From: Clostridia bacterium
GTDB lineage: Bacteria; Bacillota; Clostridia; UMGS1840
Length of the DNA: 64,000 nucleotides
Assembly (NCBI GenBank): GCA_017936745.1
Contig: JAGBEY010000012.1
Coordinates: 32,420-96,419 of the forward strand
Direction: 5' to 3'
Shown one piece after another: positions 38,793 through 47,916 of this stretch (position 1 is the stretch's first letter; each line of letters opens with the position of its first letter). The position numbers and the translations under genes are program-made. Below the pieces are notes generated by a model. The model ran no database searches, was not told the origin of the DNA, and worked only from the letters and a program-made list of their open reading frames with translations.

Positions 38793-40163
38793 TCAATAAC
38801 TTTTCCAAGTTCCAGACTCTATTGAATAAGACACAGTATACGAAGAGGCTGCTTTGTCTGTAGCCTTATCTGCTCTTCCCTCTATACTTATCTGTATACC
38901 ATAGCAATCACCATCAAGTGTAATAGTTCCTGACTGCTGTGAACCTCTATAAACTGTGCAACCCTGCATGTTTCCATTTACATTCTTGTAGTACTTAACC
39001 ACTACTTCGTGATAGTCAGATTTTAAATCAGGTACTGTCACTGTTGTTGAACCACTGTTAAACTGTACTGTAGATTTTACCTGGTCTACTATAGGTTGTG
39101 TATATGCTTTGCTTAACTGTTTTTCAGCAATGTTTGCCTTACCATTCAAGATATAATCGTAAGAATTTACATTGATATCTTTAACTTTGTACTGTAATTC
39201 AGCAGGAGCATTTGGATTGAGAACAGTTTGCTCTGTCATCTGTGTCTGTCCTGGCTGCGGTGTTACTGTACCACTTGTAGGTAATTTTTCCCAACCATAG
39301 AACTTGTTCTTTGTATAAGATGCTGTATTCTGACAAGTTGTCTGTATCAATTTAAATACTTCTGCTCTTGTTACATTATCAAGTGGATTGATATGACCTG
39401 CTCCGTCGCCGACCATAATACCTTTAGCCTGTAAATACATAACTGCACCAGCAAATCTTGCAGGTATGTTTCCTGCATTCATTTGAGACTGTTCTGTACT
39501 TAAATCTACATCAGTTTTTACAACATTTATAAAGTCTACATAACCTGCCATCTGTGATATATCACCGCGTTCAGCTTTTGCTACATAGTCTTTTAATGTT
39601 CCGTCATCACATACAGATGCAAGTACATATGCTACTTCACATCTCTTCATGTTTGAGTTCATATATTCGGGTGTCATTAGTGTACTATTTGGATATGTAA
39701 AAGCTTTTGCGATAGCATTATAATATTTATTATACCATTGTTCGTTAAAATCTGCGTTGTTAAGTCCGTCAACCTCTTGGATGGTCAACTCATAAGCGGT
39801 AGCAACTATTTTTGCTAACTCGCAAGCCTTAACGCTTTGGTTTGGTTTAAGCGTTCCGTCTTCATATCCATTTAACACATTAAAATAAATCGGTAAGGCA
39901 ATATATTCATTCCACCAACCACTTTCAGCTATGTATGTATCATTTATAACATCCGTTAATACTGATTTAACACCATTGTAGCGATTTGTAAAAAAATCAG
40001 TTTTAAGGGCATCATTCATAGTGAATATCGTATTATAGGGCATTCCCATAATAGTATCAATTTTCTTTTTTACGCTCTCTGTATTTGCAAAAGTTGTTAA
40101 AGATGTTGCTATTGTTATTGTGGTTGCCAAGCATACGGCAACTGATTTTTTTAATCTGTTCAT
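38793..40163 (-). CDS. secreted SLH-domain protein
   Basis: The ATG at 40163 follows a GGGGG RBS, and the N-terminus is a signal peptide. SLH-like segments read GYEDGTLKPNQSVKACELAKIV and GDGAGHINPLDNVTRAEVFKLI. Confidence 0.65.
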   Translation of the reverse strand: MNRLKKSVAVCLATTITIATSLTTFANTESVKKKIDTIMGMPYNTIFTMNDALKTDFFTNRYNGVKSVLTDVINDTYIAESGWWNEYIALPIYFNVLNGYEDGTLKPNQSVKACELAKIVATAYELTIQEVDGLNNADFNEQWYNKYYNAIAKAFTYPNSTLMTPEYMNSNMKRCEVAYVLASVCDDGTLKDYVAKAERGDISQMAGYVDFINVVKTDVDLSTEQSQMNAGNIPARFAGAVMYLQAKGIMVGDGAGHINPLDNVTRAEVFKLIQTTCQNTASYTKNKFYGWEKLPTSGTVTPQPGQTQMTEQTVLNPNAPAELQYKVKDINVNSYDYILNGKANIAEKQLSKAYTQPIVDQVKSTVQFNSGSTTVTVPDLKSDYHEVVVKYYKNVNGNMQGCTVYRGSQQSGTITLDGDCYGIQISIEGRADKATDKAASSYTVSYSIESGTWKSY

Positions 40164-40246
40164 AATAACCCCCATATAAATAAAAAATGCATAGTCCATA
40201 TCACAGAACTATGCATCGAAAAACGCACAGGCTCTGATGATAGGTT

Positions 40247-40373
40247 GCTAGACGCTAATCATTATACTTTAAATCACAAAGCATTTATCAGAGTAGTGTA
40301 CGCTTTTACCAAAATAGCGTACGCCTTGTGACTAAAAGATATACTGCACCCAGTATAATGATTATAGTCTAGC
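40247..40373. other. 127-bp nested-hairpin element bounded by 21-bp inverted repeats (possible single-strand origin or structured leader)
   Basis: GCTAGACGCTAATCATTATAC (40247-40267) pairs with GTATAATGATTATAGTCTAGC (40353-40373), 19 of 21 complementary. Nested stems are TCACAA/TTGTGA, GTACGCT/AGCGTAC and TATACTG/CAGTATA. A TAGCGT hexamer lies at 40315-40320. Confidence 0.5.
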
Positions 40374-40420
40374 ATAAAGATTATATCATATACCTTCGTT
40401 TTTTTCAAGTATTTGGACAA

Positions 40421-40459
40421 CAAAAAAAGAACCGCTTACGTTTTGTAAACAGTTCTTTC
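40421..40459 (-). terminator. terminator of the tRNA operon
   Basis: On the minus strand, AAAGAAC...GTTCTTT is followed by a TTTTTTT run, 75 nt downstream of tRNA-Lys. Confidence 0.65.
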
Positions 40460-40533
40460 TTCGTTTGCGATTATAAGATATCAATTACTATAATCAAATT
40501 CTTGAAACAGTAAAAGTTCTTATAATCTTTGGA

Positions 40534-40609
40534 TGGTGAGCCATCGGCGATTCGAACGCCGGACAACTTGATTAAAAGTCAAGTGCTCTACCGACTGAGC
40601 TAATGGCCC
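40534..40609 (-). tRNA. tRNA-Lys (anticodon UUU)
   Basis: The reverse complement GGGCCATTAGCTCAGTCGGTAGAGCACTTGACTTTTAATCAAG...GGCTCACCA shows a cloverleaf with anticodon loop CTTTTAA and an encoded CCA. Confidence 0.92.
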
Positions 40610-40615
40610 ATATAT

Positions 40616-40691
40616 TGGCTGGGATAGCTGGACTCGAACCAGCGAATGCAGGAGTCAAAGTCCTGTGCCTTACCGACTTGGCGATATCCCA
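40616..40691 (-). tRNA. tRNA-Gln (anticodon UUG)
   Basis: The reverse complement TGGGATATCGCCAAGTCGGTAAGGCACAGGACTTTGACTCCTG...TATCCCAGCCA shows anticodon loop CTTTGAC. Confidence 0.9.
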
Positions 40692-40710
40692 TCATATCGA
40701 AAAAATATAA

Positions 40711-40788
40711 TGGGGTGGATAATCGGATTCGAACCGATGACCCCCAGAGCCACAATCTGGTGCTCTAACCAACTGAGCTATACCCACC
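40711..40788 (-). tRNA. tRNA-His (anticodon GUG)
   Basis: The reverse complement GGTGGGTATAGCTCAGTTGGTTAGAGCACCAGATTGTGGCTCTGG...ATCCACCCCA carries the extra 5' G(-1) and discriminator C typical of tRNA-His. Confidence 0.9.
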
Positions 40789-40801
40789 GTAAGGATTAAA
40801 G

Positions 40802-40878
40802 TGGCGCGCCTGAAGAGATTCGAACTCCTGGCCTACTGCTTAGAAGGCAGTTGCTCTATCCTGCTGAGCTACAGGCGC
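40802..40878 (-). tRNA. tRNA-Arg (anticodon UCU)
   Basis: The reverse complement GCGCCTGTAGCTCAGCAGGATAGAGCAACTGCCTTCTAAGCAGT...CAGGCGCGCCA shows anticodon loop CTTCTAA. Confidence 0.9.
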
Positions 40879-40887
40879 ATAAAAATA

Positions 40888-40961
40888 TGGAGCGGGTGAT
40901 GGGAATCGAACCCACACAATCAGCTTGGAAGGCTGAGATTCTACCATTGAACTACACCCGC
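40888..40961 (-). tRNA. tRNA-Gly (anticodon UCC)
   Basis: The reverse complement GCGGGTGTAGTTCAATGGTAGAATCTCAGCCTTCCAAGCTGA...CACCCGCTCCA shows anticodon loop CTTCCAA. Confidence 0.9.
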
Positions 40962-41038
40962 ATCGGATACAACCATCTGTTGGATTCAAGCATTCGGCAG
41001 TCCACATTACGCTGTTTAGACCCCTTAAGTGCTTGACT

Positions 41039-41067
41039 ATTATACCAAACAATTTTTCATTTGTCAA
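41039..41067 (-). promoter_or_regulatory. consensus sigma-A promoter of the tRNA operon
   Basis: On the minus strand, TTGACA (41067-41062), 17 nt, TATAAT (41044-41039), ~75 nt upstream of tRNA-Gly. Confidence 0.75.
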
Positions 41068-41185
41068 TACTTTTTTTTGATTTTTTCAAAAAAAATTCAT
41101 AAAGCTTCCAAATGAGGCAAAACAAAGGGATTTTTATATGCTTTTGCCCCGGTTTTCTACCTTATCGTTCCCCGATTTTTTAATT

Positions 41186-41944
41186 TTATAACCGAACGGG
41201 AATATTTTTTTCTTTCATAAATTCTTTCACTTCGCGGATGGTAAGCTCCTTGAAATGGAACAAGGATGCCGCCAGCACTGCATCGGCATGTCCCAAAAGC
41301 ACTGCATCGGAAAAATGAGACAATTCTCCTGCACCGCCTGATGCAATAACCGGAATTTTCAATGCATCAGAAATCTGACGGGTTAATTCCAAATCATAGC
41401 CTGCTTTTGTACCGTCTGCATCCATACTGGTAAGAAGAATTTCTCCGGCACCTAATTTTTCACATTGAATCGCCCATTCGATGGCATCCAATCCCGTATC
41501 GTTTCTGCCCCCGTGGGTGAAAATGTTAAATCCACCATCTGCCCGACGCTTGGCATCAATGGCAACCACGACACACTGTGAACCAAACTTGTCTGCCGCC
41601 TCGGTAATGAGCGTGGGATTGTGAATGGCTGCCGTATTCACCGACACCTTATCTGCCCCTGCCAACAGAAGCTCACGAAAATCCTCCGCTTTTCGGATTC
41701 CGCCCCCAACCGTGAAGGGAATAAACACATTCTCCGCAACCCGTCTTACCATATCCACCATAGTTTTACGGTTATCGGAGGACGCGGTAATATCTAAAAA
41801 CACCAATTCATCTGCACCCTCTCTATCGTAAACACGGGCACACTCTACCGGGTCTCCTGCATCAATCAGATTAACAAAATTCACTCCCTTTACCACTCTG
41901 CCGTTGTTGACATCCAGGCAGGGAATCACACGTTTTGTGAGCAT
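41186..41944 (-). CDS. hisF: imidazole glycerol phosphate synthase cyclase subunit
   Basis: 252 aa. RVIPCLDV...[13 protein letters not shown] and ASGGAG motifs are present, with full-length similarity to HisF. Confidence 0.95.
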   Translation of the reverse strand: MLTKRVIPCLDVNNGRVVKGVNFVNLIDAGDPVECARVYDREGADELVFLDITASSDNRKTMVDMVRRVAENVFIPFTVGGGIRKAEDFRELLLAGADKVSVNTAAIHNPTLITEAADKFGSQCVVVAIDAKRRADGGFNIFTHGGRNDTGLDAIEWAIQCEKLGAGEILLTSMDADGTKAGYDLELTRQISDALKIPVIASGGAGELSHFSDAVLLGHADAVLAASLFHFKELTIREVKEFMKEKNIPVRL

Positions 41945-41957
41945 ATTGGTTCTCCTC

Positions 41958-42497
41958 TTATTGTTTGGATAAATATCTTGCCAATTTCAGAATGGCAACG
42001 ACTGTTTTTGCATCCTTGATTTCGTTTTGTTCTACCATCAAAAGAAGCTCTTCCAGGGAATATCGTTCCACATTTAAAAATTCATCTTCATCAAGATGCT
42101 GTTCTTTTTTCGTAAGCCCTTTGGCATAATACATATAAATCACTTCGGTTAAAAATCCAACAGAGGGATAAATAGCCCCGAAATCTATATATTCCTCCGC
42201 CTCGTAACCGGTTTCTTCCAAAAACTCCCGTTTTCCGCATGCAAAGGGGTCTTCTCCGTAGTTCAGCTTTCCTGCCGGAACTTCCAGAACAGTTGTGCCA
42301 AAGGGAGCGCGATACTGCCGAACCATTAAAATCTTGCCGTCACTGTCCATCCCGATAACACAGACTCCGCCGGGATGCTCCACAATTTCACGGCTTGCCA
42401 CAGCTCCGTTTTCCAACTCAACGGTATCTTCTCTCAGGTTAATGATTCTGCCCTTAAAATGGCGTTTACTGTCGATGACTTTTTCGGTTAATTTCAT
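41958..42497 (-). CDS. NUDIX hydrolase (ADP-ribose pyrophosphatase-like)
   Basis: 179 aa. The NUDIX box is [23 protein letters not shown]. Confidence 0.85.
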   Translation of the reverse strand: MKLTEKVIDSKRHFKGRIINLREDTVELENGAVASREIVEHPGGVCVIGMDSDGKILMVRQYRAPFGTTVLEVPAGKLNYGEDPFACGKREFLEETGYEAEEYIDFGAIYPSVGFLTEVIYMYYAKGLTKKEQHLDEDEFLNVERYSLEELLLMVEQNEIKDAKTVVAILKLARYLSKQ

Positions 42498-43336
42498 TAA
42501 AATACTCCTTTTTTCACAAGAACCACCCGTTCAACTCCAAAATAATCGGTGATAATTTCCGCCCTTCCCAAAGGTTTAAAAATATCTGCCACCAGCTCAT
42601 GCTGGTTGATGCCGACCTCTGCTGCCAAAATACCGCCGTCACAAAGAAAGTCACGGGCAAGCTCCATAAGACGTTTATAAAACACCAAACCGTCTCCCCC
42701 GTCGGTCAATGCCATTTTTGGCTCATAATCCTTGACATCGCTCATTAAAAGAGACATATCCGAAAGCGGAATGTAAGGCGGATTGGACACAATCACATCA
42801 TAGGTTTCCTCAAGCGACTCCTTGAGAATATCCTTTTGATAAATACGGACTCGGTCAGCACCGAATTTCTCCGCGTTTTCTCCGGATACAGAGATTGCCT
42901 CCAAGGACAATTCGTATAAATCGCAGGTGTTGCCCGATTCTAAGGATAAGGTAATCCCGATGCAACCGGAGCCGGAGCAAACATCCGCTATCCTTACGGA
43001 GTACTCGGGCAACCGTTCCAGAACGGCAGAAACTAAATTTTCGGTTTCCGGCCTGGGAATGAGCACTCCCTCCCTCACCGCAAATTCACGGGAAAAAAAC
43101 TCCTTTTTCCCTGTGATGTAGGATAAGGGTTTACAGTTTTTCCGCTCTTGGAGCAAGCTGAAATATACTGCTTCAATTTCTTCTGCCGAATCGTTGTAGC
43201 AAAGCGGTAGCTTCCCGAATTCCACACCCAGAAGATGCTCTAAAATAGCTCTGGCATCGGTTTTCGGAGATTCGGTATCTGTTAAATAGACGATGCCCTT
43301 TTCATAAAGCTCCCGAACTGTCATGGCACTTACCAC
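42497..43336 (-). CDS. prmC: peptide chain release factor N5-glutamine methyltransferase
   Basis: 279 aa. The SAM motif is ADVCSGSGCIG and the catalytic motif is NPPY. The stop overlaps the next start (TAATG). Confidence 0.88.
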   Translation of the reverse strand: MVSAMTVRELYEKGIVYLTDTESPKTDARAILEHLLGVEFGKLPLCYNDSAEEIEAVYFSLLQERKNCKPLSYITGKKEFFSREFAVREGVLIPRPETENLVSAVLERLPEYSVRIADVCSGSGCIGITLSLESGNTCDLYELSLEAISVSGENAEKFGADRVRIYQKDILKESLEETYDVIVSNPPYIPLSDMSLLMSDVKDYEPKMALTDGGDGLVFYKRLMELARDFLCDGGILAAEVGINQHELVADIFKPLGRAEIITDYFGVERVVLVKKGVF

Positions 43337-44283
43337 TTGGTAGATTCATCAGGACTGTCAGGCAACACGGCAGTCAATGCTGCAATCGCTACTTCAATCA
43401 TGGAATCATCGGGCTCTTTTGTGGTGAAATGCTGCAGCCATACTCCCGGCTTGGATAACAAACGGGTAAACCAGTTGGAGCATTTCCCTGCATATTTAAT
43501 CAGCTCGTATGAAATGCCTGCTACCACGGGCAACAATGCAATTCTCCATAAAATCTTATTGAGAAGGGTGGTAGAGGGAACAAAGAAAAATACGATAATC
43601 GAAACAATCATTACAAGCACCAGAAAGCTGGTACCGCATCGGGGATGAAAACGAGTGTGTTTTTTTACATTTTCCACCGTTAATTCATCACCGTATTCAA
43701 AGGCGAAAATGGTTTTATGCTCCGCACCATGATACTGAAACACACGATGCACGTCCTTCATTTTGGAAACAAGCAGCATATAAATCACAAATAAAGTGAT
43801 ACGGATGACCCCTTCAATCAAAACGGAAAGGCTCTCGTGAACATTGGTTCCCAAAAGCTTGCCCACCCATTCTACGGTAAGCTTGGGGAGCACCATAAAC
43901 AGCCCTACCCCCAACACCAAGGAAATGAGAACCGAGAGATACATTAAAATATCGAAAAGCTTATCGCCAAACTTGTCCATAATCCATTTTTCGGTTTTGC
44001 TCATTTCGTAGGTGTCATCCTCCAAATCATATTCTTTGGCAGAAAACATCAAACACTGAACCCCGGTAAACAGAGATTCAAAGAATGCTAAAAACCCTCT
44101 CAAAATCGGAATTTTATTCAATTTATACTTGCGGATAAAAGATTTATCCTCCTTTTTATCCACTAAAATGCTCCCGTCTGCCTTACGGATTGCCGTTGCC
44201 ATACAGCCGGGGCCTTTCATCATAATCCCTTCTATGACCGCCTGACCGCCAATGGAGGTGGGAGTACATTTTTTCTGTTCCAT
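43330..44283 (-). CDS. DUF1385-family membrane protein
   Basis: The N-terminal motif IGGQAVIEGIMMKGP is followed by multiple TM helices and an HGAEHK motif. The ATG at 44283 follows an AAAGGA RBS. The ORF track extends to 44355. Confidence 0.8.
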   Translation of the reverse strand: MEQKKCTPTSIGGQAVIEGIMMKGPGCMATAIRKADGSILVDKKEDKSFIRKYKLNKIPILRGFLAFFESLFTGVQCLMFSAKEYDLEDDTYEMSKTEKWIMDKFGDKLFDILMYLSVLISLVLGVGLFMVLPKLTVEWVGKLLGTNVHESLSVLIEGVIRITLFVIYMLLVSKMKDVHRVFQYHGAEHKTIFAFEYGDELTVENVKKHTRFHPRCGTSFLVLVMIVSIIVFFFVPSTTLLNKILWRIALLPVVAGISYELIKYAGKCSNWFTRLLSKPGVWLQHFTTKEPDDSMIEVAIAALTAVLPDSPDESTKW

Positions 44284-44588
44284 ACTTTTTTCCTTTCTAT
44301 CATACAAAAAATCAGGTTTGTAATTATTTTTGTGAGGAGACATACCTCCACACATACAACATTGTACCTTACTTTTATGAAAAAATCAAGAACTTTTCTC
44401 CAATTCCGGTAAAAAAGAAATACTTTTTTCAAAATGCAAAAAAGACAAAAAATACCTTATTTTTTCCACAACTGCTAAAAAACGGGGAAAAACGAAATTT
44501 TTCGCCGCAAAATTACATTTTTTTCTTGTTTTTTGGGGTGCGTTTATGATATACTTCACAAAAATCAGAAAGAAAAAGAGGATTTCTT

Positions 44589-45200
44589 ATGCAAACAGTG
44601 TTGTTCACAAAAAATCCGGATGCTTACATCAGTTGTTTTTCTCCCTGTCACATTGTAACAAAACCGGAACAATTAGCTGAATTTGTAATGGTTTCCCAGC
44701 CCGGTCTGATTTTGGTTGACCGGACTGTTTCCCAACCGCTGCCCCTGTTCCCCGAGTATCCTGATTATACTCCCACTGTGATTTTTGCAACCGAATCCGT
44801 TCTTTTACAGTATCTTTCCAACCACTACAAGGAGGAGCTTTCTGCAGAATTTTACCGCCTCCCTGCCAAAATCAACAGAATGCTGGATGCGGCTCTGCTG
44901 CAGTTTTATTTTACTCCCTCATTGAAAGGATATCACTACATTAAACAAGCTCTGTATTATCAGTATCTCAACTCCCGGGAGATTTCTGCTGTGAAAAAAG
45001 ATATCTACGAAGCGGTGAGCTGCTGCTACAAAACCACAGTATATTCGGTAGAGAGAGGCATCACCTTTGCTATCAGGAAGGCGTTTACCGAAAATCGGCA
45101 GCTTTTTCGGACCATCTTTCCCAATGTCAAAAAGCAACCCAGCAACATGGCATTTTTAAAAACCTTTTTCATCTATTTAGAGCAAAAAGGCTACCTCTGA
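44589..45200 (+). CDS. orphan Spo0A C-terminal-domain-like DNA-binding protein
   Basis: 203 aa. The C-terminal half (LKGYHYIKQAL...DIYEAVSCCYKTTVYSVERGITFAIRKAF) matches the Spo0A_C helix-turn-helix pattern. The N-terminal half is only vaguely receiver-like. Confidence 0.6.
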   Translation: MQTVLFTKNPDAYISCFSPCHIVTKPEQLAEFVMVSQPGLILVDRTVSQPLPLFPEYPDYTPTVIFATESVLLQYLSNHYKEELSAEFYRLPAKINRMLDAALLQFYFTPSLKGYHYIKQALYYQYLNSREISAVKKDIYEAVSCCYKTTVYSVERGITFAIRKAFTENRQLFRTIFPNVKKQPSNMAFLKTFFIYLEQKGYL

Positions 45201-45285
45201 CACCCGTTGGGTATTCTCACCCATTGGGTGTTCTTGTCCGTTGGCTGTTCTCACCCGTTGGGTGTTCTTAGCCAATGGATATTTG
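45201..45285. repeat. five tandem ~17-bp repeats, each an inverted repeat (CACCCnTTGGGTG)
   Basis: The units are cacccgttgggtattct, cacccattgggtgttctt, gtccgttggctgttct, cacccgttgggtgttctt and agccaatggatatttg. Confidence 0.8.
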
Positions 45286-45406
45286 ATTTCCCTCTCTTCT
45301 TTGTTGGACAGAAAGCAAAAGCACTTGACAATACGGCAGTCTGCTTTTGCCACGTAAGCTTCCCTATGCTTCTCAAGAACACATGAAATAGAACTCACCA
45401 GCATAC

Positions 45407-45441
45407 AAAAAAAGGTATCGGCATTTGCCGATACCTTTTTT
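45407..45441. terminator. bidirectional terminator downstream of hup
   Basis: Stem AAGGTATCGGCA/TGCCGATACCTT, flanked by an A-run and a T-run. Confidence 0.75.
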
Positions 45442-45454
45442 CATCAAAAGTTTC

Positions 45455-45724
45455 TTATTTAATAGCTTCTTTGAATGCTTTACCAGCTTTGAAAACCGGA
45501 GCTTTGGAAGCAGGAATTTTGATTTCTTTTTTGGTCTGGGGATTTCTGCCGATTCTTGCAGCTCTTTCTTTTACTTCAAAGGTACCGAAGCCCATAATAG
45601 CTACTTTATCACCTTTCTTTAAAGAATCGGTAATTGCGCCTAAGGTTGCTGCCAGAGCTTTTTCAGCATCAGCTTTTTTGAAACCTGCAGCTGCGATTGC
45701 TGCAACTAATTCAGCTTTGTTCAT
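45455..45724 (-). CDS. hup: DNA-binding protein HU
   Basis: The sequence is [11 protein letters not shown]...[41 protein letters not shown]. The start at 45724 is preferred over the ORF-track start at 45739. Confidence 0.93.
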   Translation of the reverse strand: MNKAELVAAIAAAGFKKADAEKALAATLGAITDSLKKGDKVAIMGFGTFEVKERAARIGRNPQTKKEIKIPASKAPVFKAGKAFKEAIK

Positions 45725-45768
45725 TTTTTTGTCCTCCACATTATATTTTAATTAGTTTTTTTACAATA

Positions 45769-46446
45769 TCATTGTTCAAACCTTGCGATATATCTTTGGT
45801 TCTGACGATACATAGCAGTTTCCAAATCAATTTTCTCTGCTACGAACAACTCCACCAGAGTAGTCATCATTTCGCACAGAGTTTCTTCCTTGGATAATAT
45901 ATCCTCATTACCCATATTATCCAACATTTCTCGCAATTTGTCAATATTTTTTGAAAAAATAATTTCATTTTTGTGCATTTTTTTCGATTTTTCCGCCAAA
46001 ATCGACATTCTCAACACAGCAGGAAGGTATTTAGCAGTGCTTTTCATGGTGTATTCTTCCTTTTTCTCACCCTTTTTTATTTCTTCCCAGCGGGTCAGAA
46101 TCCCGGAAACGGACTTGTCCTCCACATCGCCAAACACATGGGGATGACGGCGAATCATTTTTTTGGAGATGGTATCCACCACATCCTCAATGGAAAAATC
46201 CTTTGCTTCTTTTGCAATCTGTGCATTCATCACAATCTGCAAAAGCACATCACCCAGCTCGTCACACATTTTTGCTTTATTCCCCTCGGAAAGTGCATCA
46301 ATATACTCATAGCTTTCTTCAATCAGGTTTTTTTGCAGGCTTTCGTGAGTTTGCACCTTATCCCAGGAGCATCCGTTTTCACTCCGCAGCTCTGCAATAA
46401 TTTCGCACAAATCTGAAAAGGTGTAAGTTTCTTTATTGATATCCAT
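45769..46446 (-). CDS. mazG: MazG-family nucleoside triphosphate pyrophosphohydrolase
   Basis: 225 aa with the motifs CSWDKVQTHESL...EESYE...ELGDVLLQ. Confidence 0.85.
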   Translation of the reverse strand: MDINKETYTFSDLCEIIAELRSENGCSWDKVQTHESLQKNLIEESYEYIDALSEGNKAKMCDELGDVLLQIVMNAQIAKEAKDFSIEDVVDTISKKMIRRHPHVFGDVEDKSVSGILTRWEEIKKGEKKEEYTMKSTAKYLPAVLRMSILAEKSKKMHKNEIIFSKNIDKLREMLDNMGNEDILSKEETLCEMMTTLVELFVAEKIDLETAMYRQNQRYIARFEQ

Positions 46447-46458
46447 ATTTTTCTCCGT

Positions 46459-47916
46459 TTATTTCACATAATTAGACGGGTTTTTGGCAACTCCGTTTTT
46501 TCTGACCTCAAAATGCAGATGGGGTCCGGAGCTGTTTCCGGTGCTTCCGATTTTCCCGATGGTTGCTCCCTTGGCAACCTTCTGACCGGATTTAACCGAA
46601 ATACTACTCATATGAGCATACCAGGTTTCCATTCCGTTTCCGTGGCTGATTTTCACCATTTTTCCATAGGAGCCGTTCCAGCCGGCATAGGTTACTGTTC
46701 CCCCGTCTGCCGCTTTGATAGGATCTCCGGTTCTGCCGGCATAGTCAATACCCGTATGGGTGGATGCCCAGCGTGAGCCGCGGGAACCGAATCTTGCAGT
46801 AATTGTACCGTAATAAGGACGGGCAAACACCCCTGTCGGAGCAGTTGCCGGCTTAATTTTGGTTCCTACCGCTACCACCTCTTTGGTGGGATTGGCAAGA
46901 ACTGTTTCGGAAAGAGCAGTTTTCTTGGTGACCTCATTATTCACCCGTACCACCTCATAAACCACTTCTTTTTTTCCTCTGGTGCCTTTGGAAAGCACCT
47001 TTCTTGTGCCTTTATAGATGGAACTGTCTTTTCGCTCCTCCACTTCGTAGGGAATGGATTCTTCTATGGTGATTACCTCGGTTGCTTCCACTGCAACCAA
47101 GGGCTGCGGTGCAGCAACCAGAATTTTTTCTCCCTGCTGCAACAGCTCGGGAACAATCTCAGGATTCGCATTCAACAACTGTTGTGTACCGATGCCGTAT
47201 TTCAGTGCAATGGAGGAAAAGGTTTCTCCGGCAGAAACCGTGTGGGTAAGGAGCGCATCCTTTGTGCCATTTAACACCTTCACCGCATCTTCTTTCGACA
47301 CAATCATTTCCGGCTGCACACGGCACTGCTGTACTGCAACCTGATTGGCAAAATGGGTTTCGTTATGTTCGTTTTTATACTGTGCCTCCACAACGGAAAG
47401 GGCTTCGTAACCGTCTGCCTCCGTTTCCAGAGCGGTCACCACCTGCCCGTCTACCGTTATTCCGTAGGCAGAAGTCAAGCCGTCAAAGGCGGTAACAATC
47501 TGATTTGTTAAAAGCTCCTCGCTTTGCAAACGGTCATGGCTGACCGGAACAAGATGACAGGAGGCTTTTTCAAACTTATAATCAGTTCCCCGGGCATTCA
47601 CAATGGCATCATAAGCAGAAAATACTGCCCGTTTTGCCATCTGCTGTGTAGAAACTGCACCAAAACTTTGTCCATTGACTACTACGCGGTAACCAAAATC
47701 CAGCTTCACACTGAAGCAAAGCGCTAACAATATTAAAAAATATAAAAAATACGAATACCGAAACAAAGCTCCCGATGGCTGGGAGGTCAACTTTTCCCGT
47801 ACTACTGCCGCTTTCCCTTTGGCAACCAAGAGCTTTCGACCAACTGCTGTAAAAAAGCCGGACCGCTCTTTCGACGTGCAGGATTTTGCTATCACCAAAT
47901 CATCCTTTCTGTTCAT
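46459..47916 (-). CDS. M23-family peptidase with LysM and G5-like domains
   Basis: It has an N-terminal TM helix and a LysM domain (SAGETFSSIALKYGIGTQQLLNANP). The M23 motifs are HTGIDYA and GPHLHFEV. Confidence 0.85.
   Translation of the reverse strand: MNRKDDLVIAKSCTSKERSGFFTAVGRKLLVAKGKAAVVREKLTSQPSGALFRYSYFLYFLILLALCFSVKLDFGYRVVVNGQSFGAVSTQQMAKRAVFSAYDAIVNARGTDYKFEKASCHLVPVSHDRLQSEELLTNQIVTAFDGLTSAYGITVDGQVVTALETEADGYEALSVVEAQYKNEHNETHFANQVAVQQCRVQPEMIVSKEDAVKVLNGTKDALLTHTVSAGETFSSIALKYGIGTQQLLNANPEIVPELLQQGEKILVAAPQPLVAVEATEVITIEESIPYEVEERKDSSIYKGTRKVLSKGTRGKKEVVYEVVRVNNEVTKKTALSETVLANPTKEVVAVGTKIKPATAPTGVFARPYYGTITARFGSRGSRWASTHTGIDYAGRTGDPIKAADGGTVTYAGWNGSYGKMVKISHGNGMETWYAHMSSISVKSGQKVAKGATIGKIGSTGNSSGPHLHFEVRKNGVAKNPSNYVK

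Larger units (their letters stand above)
35230..40420. mobile_element. AT-rich island with a rolling-circle replicon (integrated RCR plasmid/ssDNA-element remnant)
   Basis: AT content rises visibly. The island holds an HUH Rep gene, origin-like structures, orphan small ORFs and a 5'-truncated ORF at the left edge. It ends just before the terminator of the tRNA operon. No integrase gene is present, and the boundaries are approximate. Confidence 0.55.

Noticed and set aside
40534-40609. tRNA-Lys 3' end as the integration site of the 35-40 kb island
   Set aside because: No duplicate of the tRNA 3' end was found at the left island edge. In addition, an intact tRNA-operon terminator lies between tRNA-Lys and the island.
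40840-41067. ORFs of 75 aa and 61 aa overlapping the tRNA cluster
   Set aside because: The region is fully explained by tRNA-Arg, tRNA-Gly and their promoter/leader.
45177-45404. 75-aa minus-strand ORF across the 17-bp tandem repeats
   Set aside because: Its C-terminal half is just the translated repeat array and it overlaps the end of the Spo0A_C-like gene. It has no RBS.
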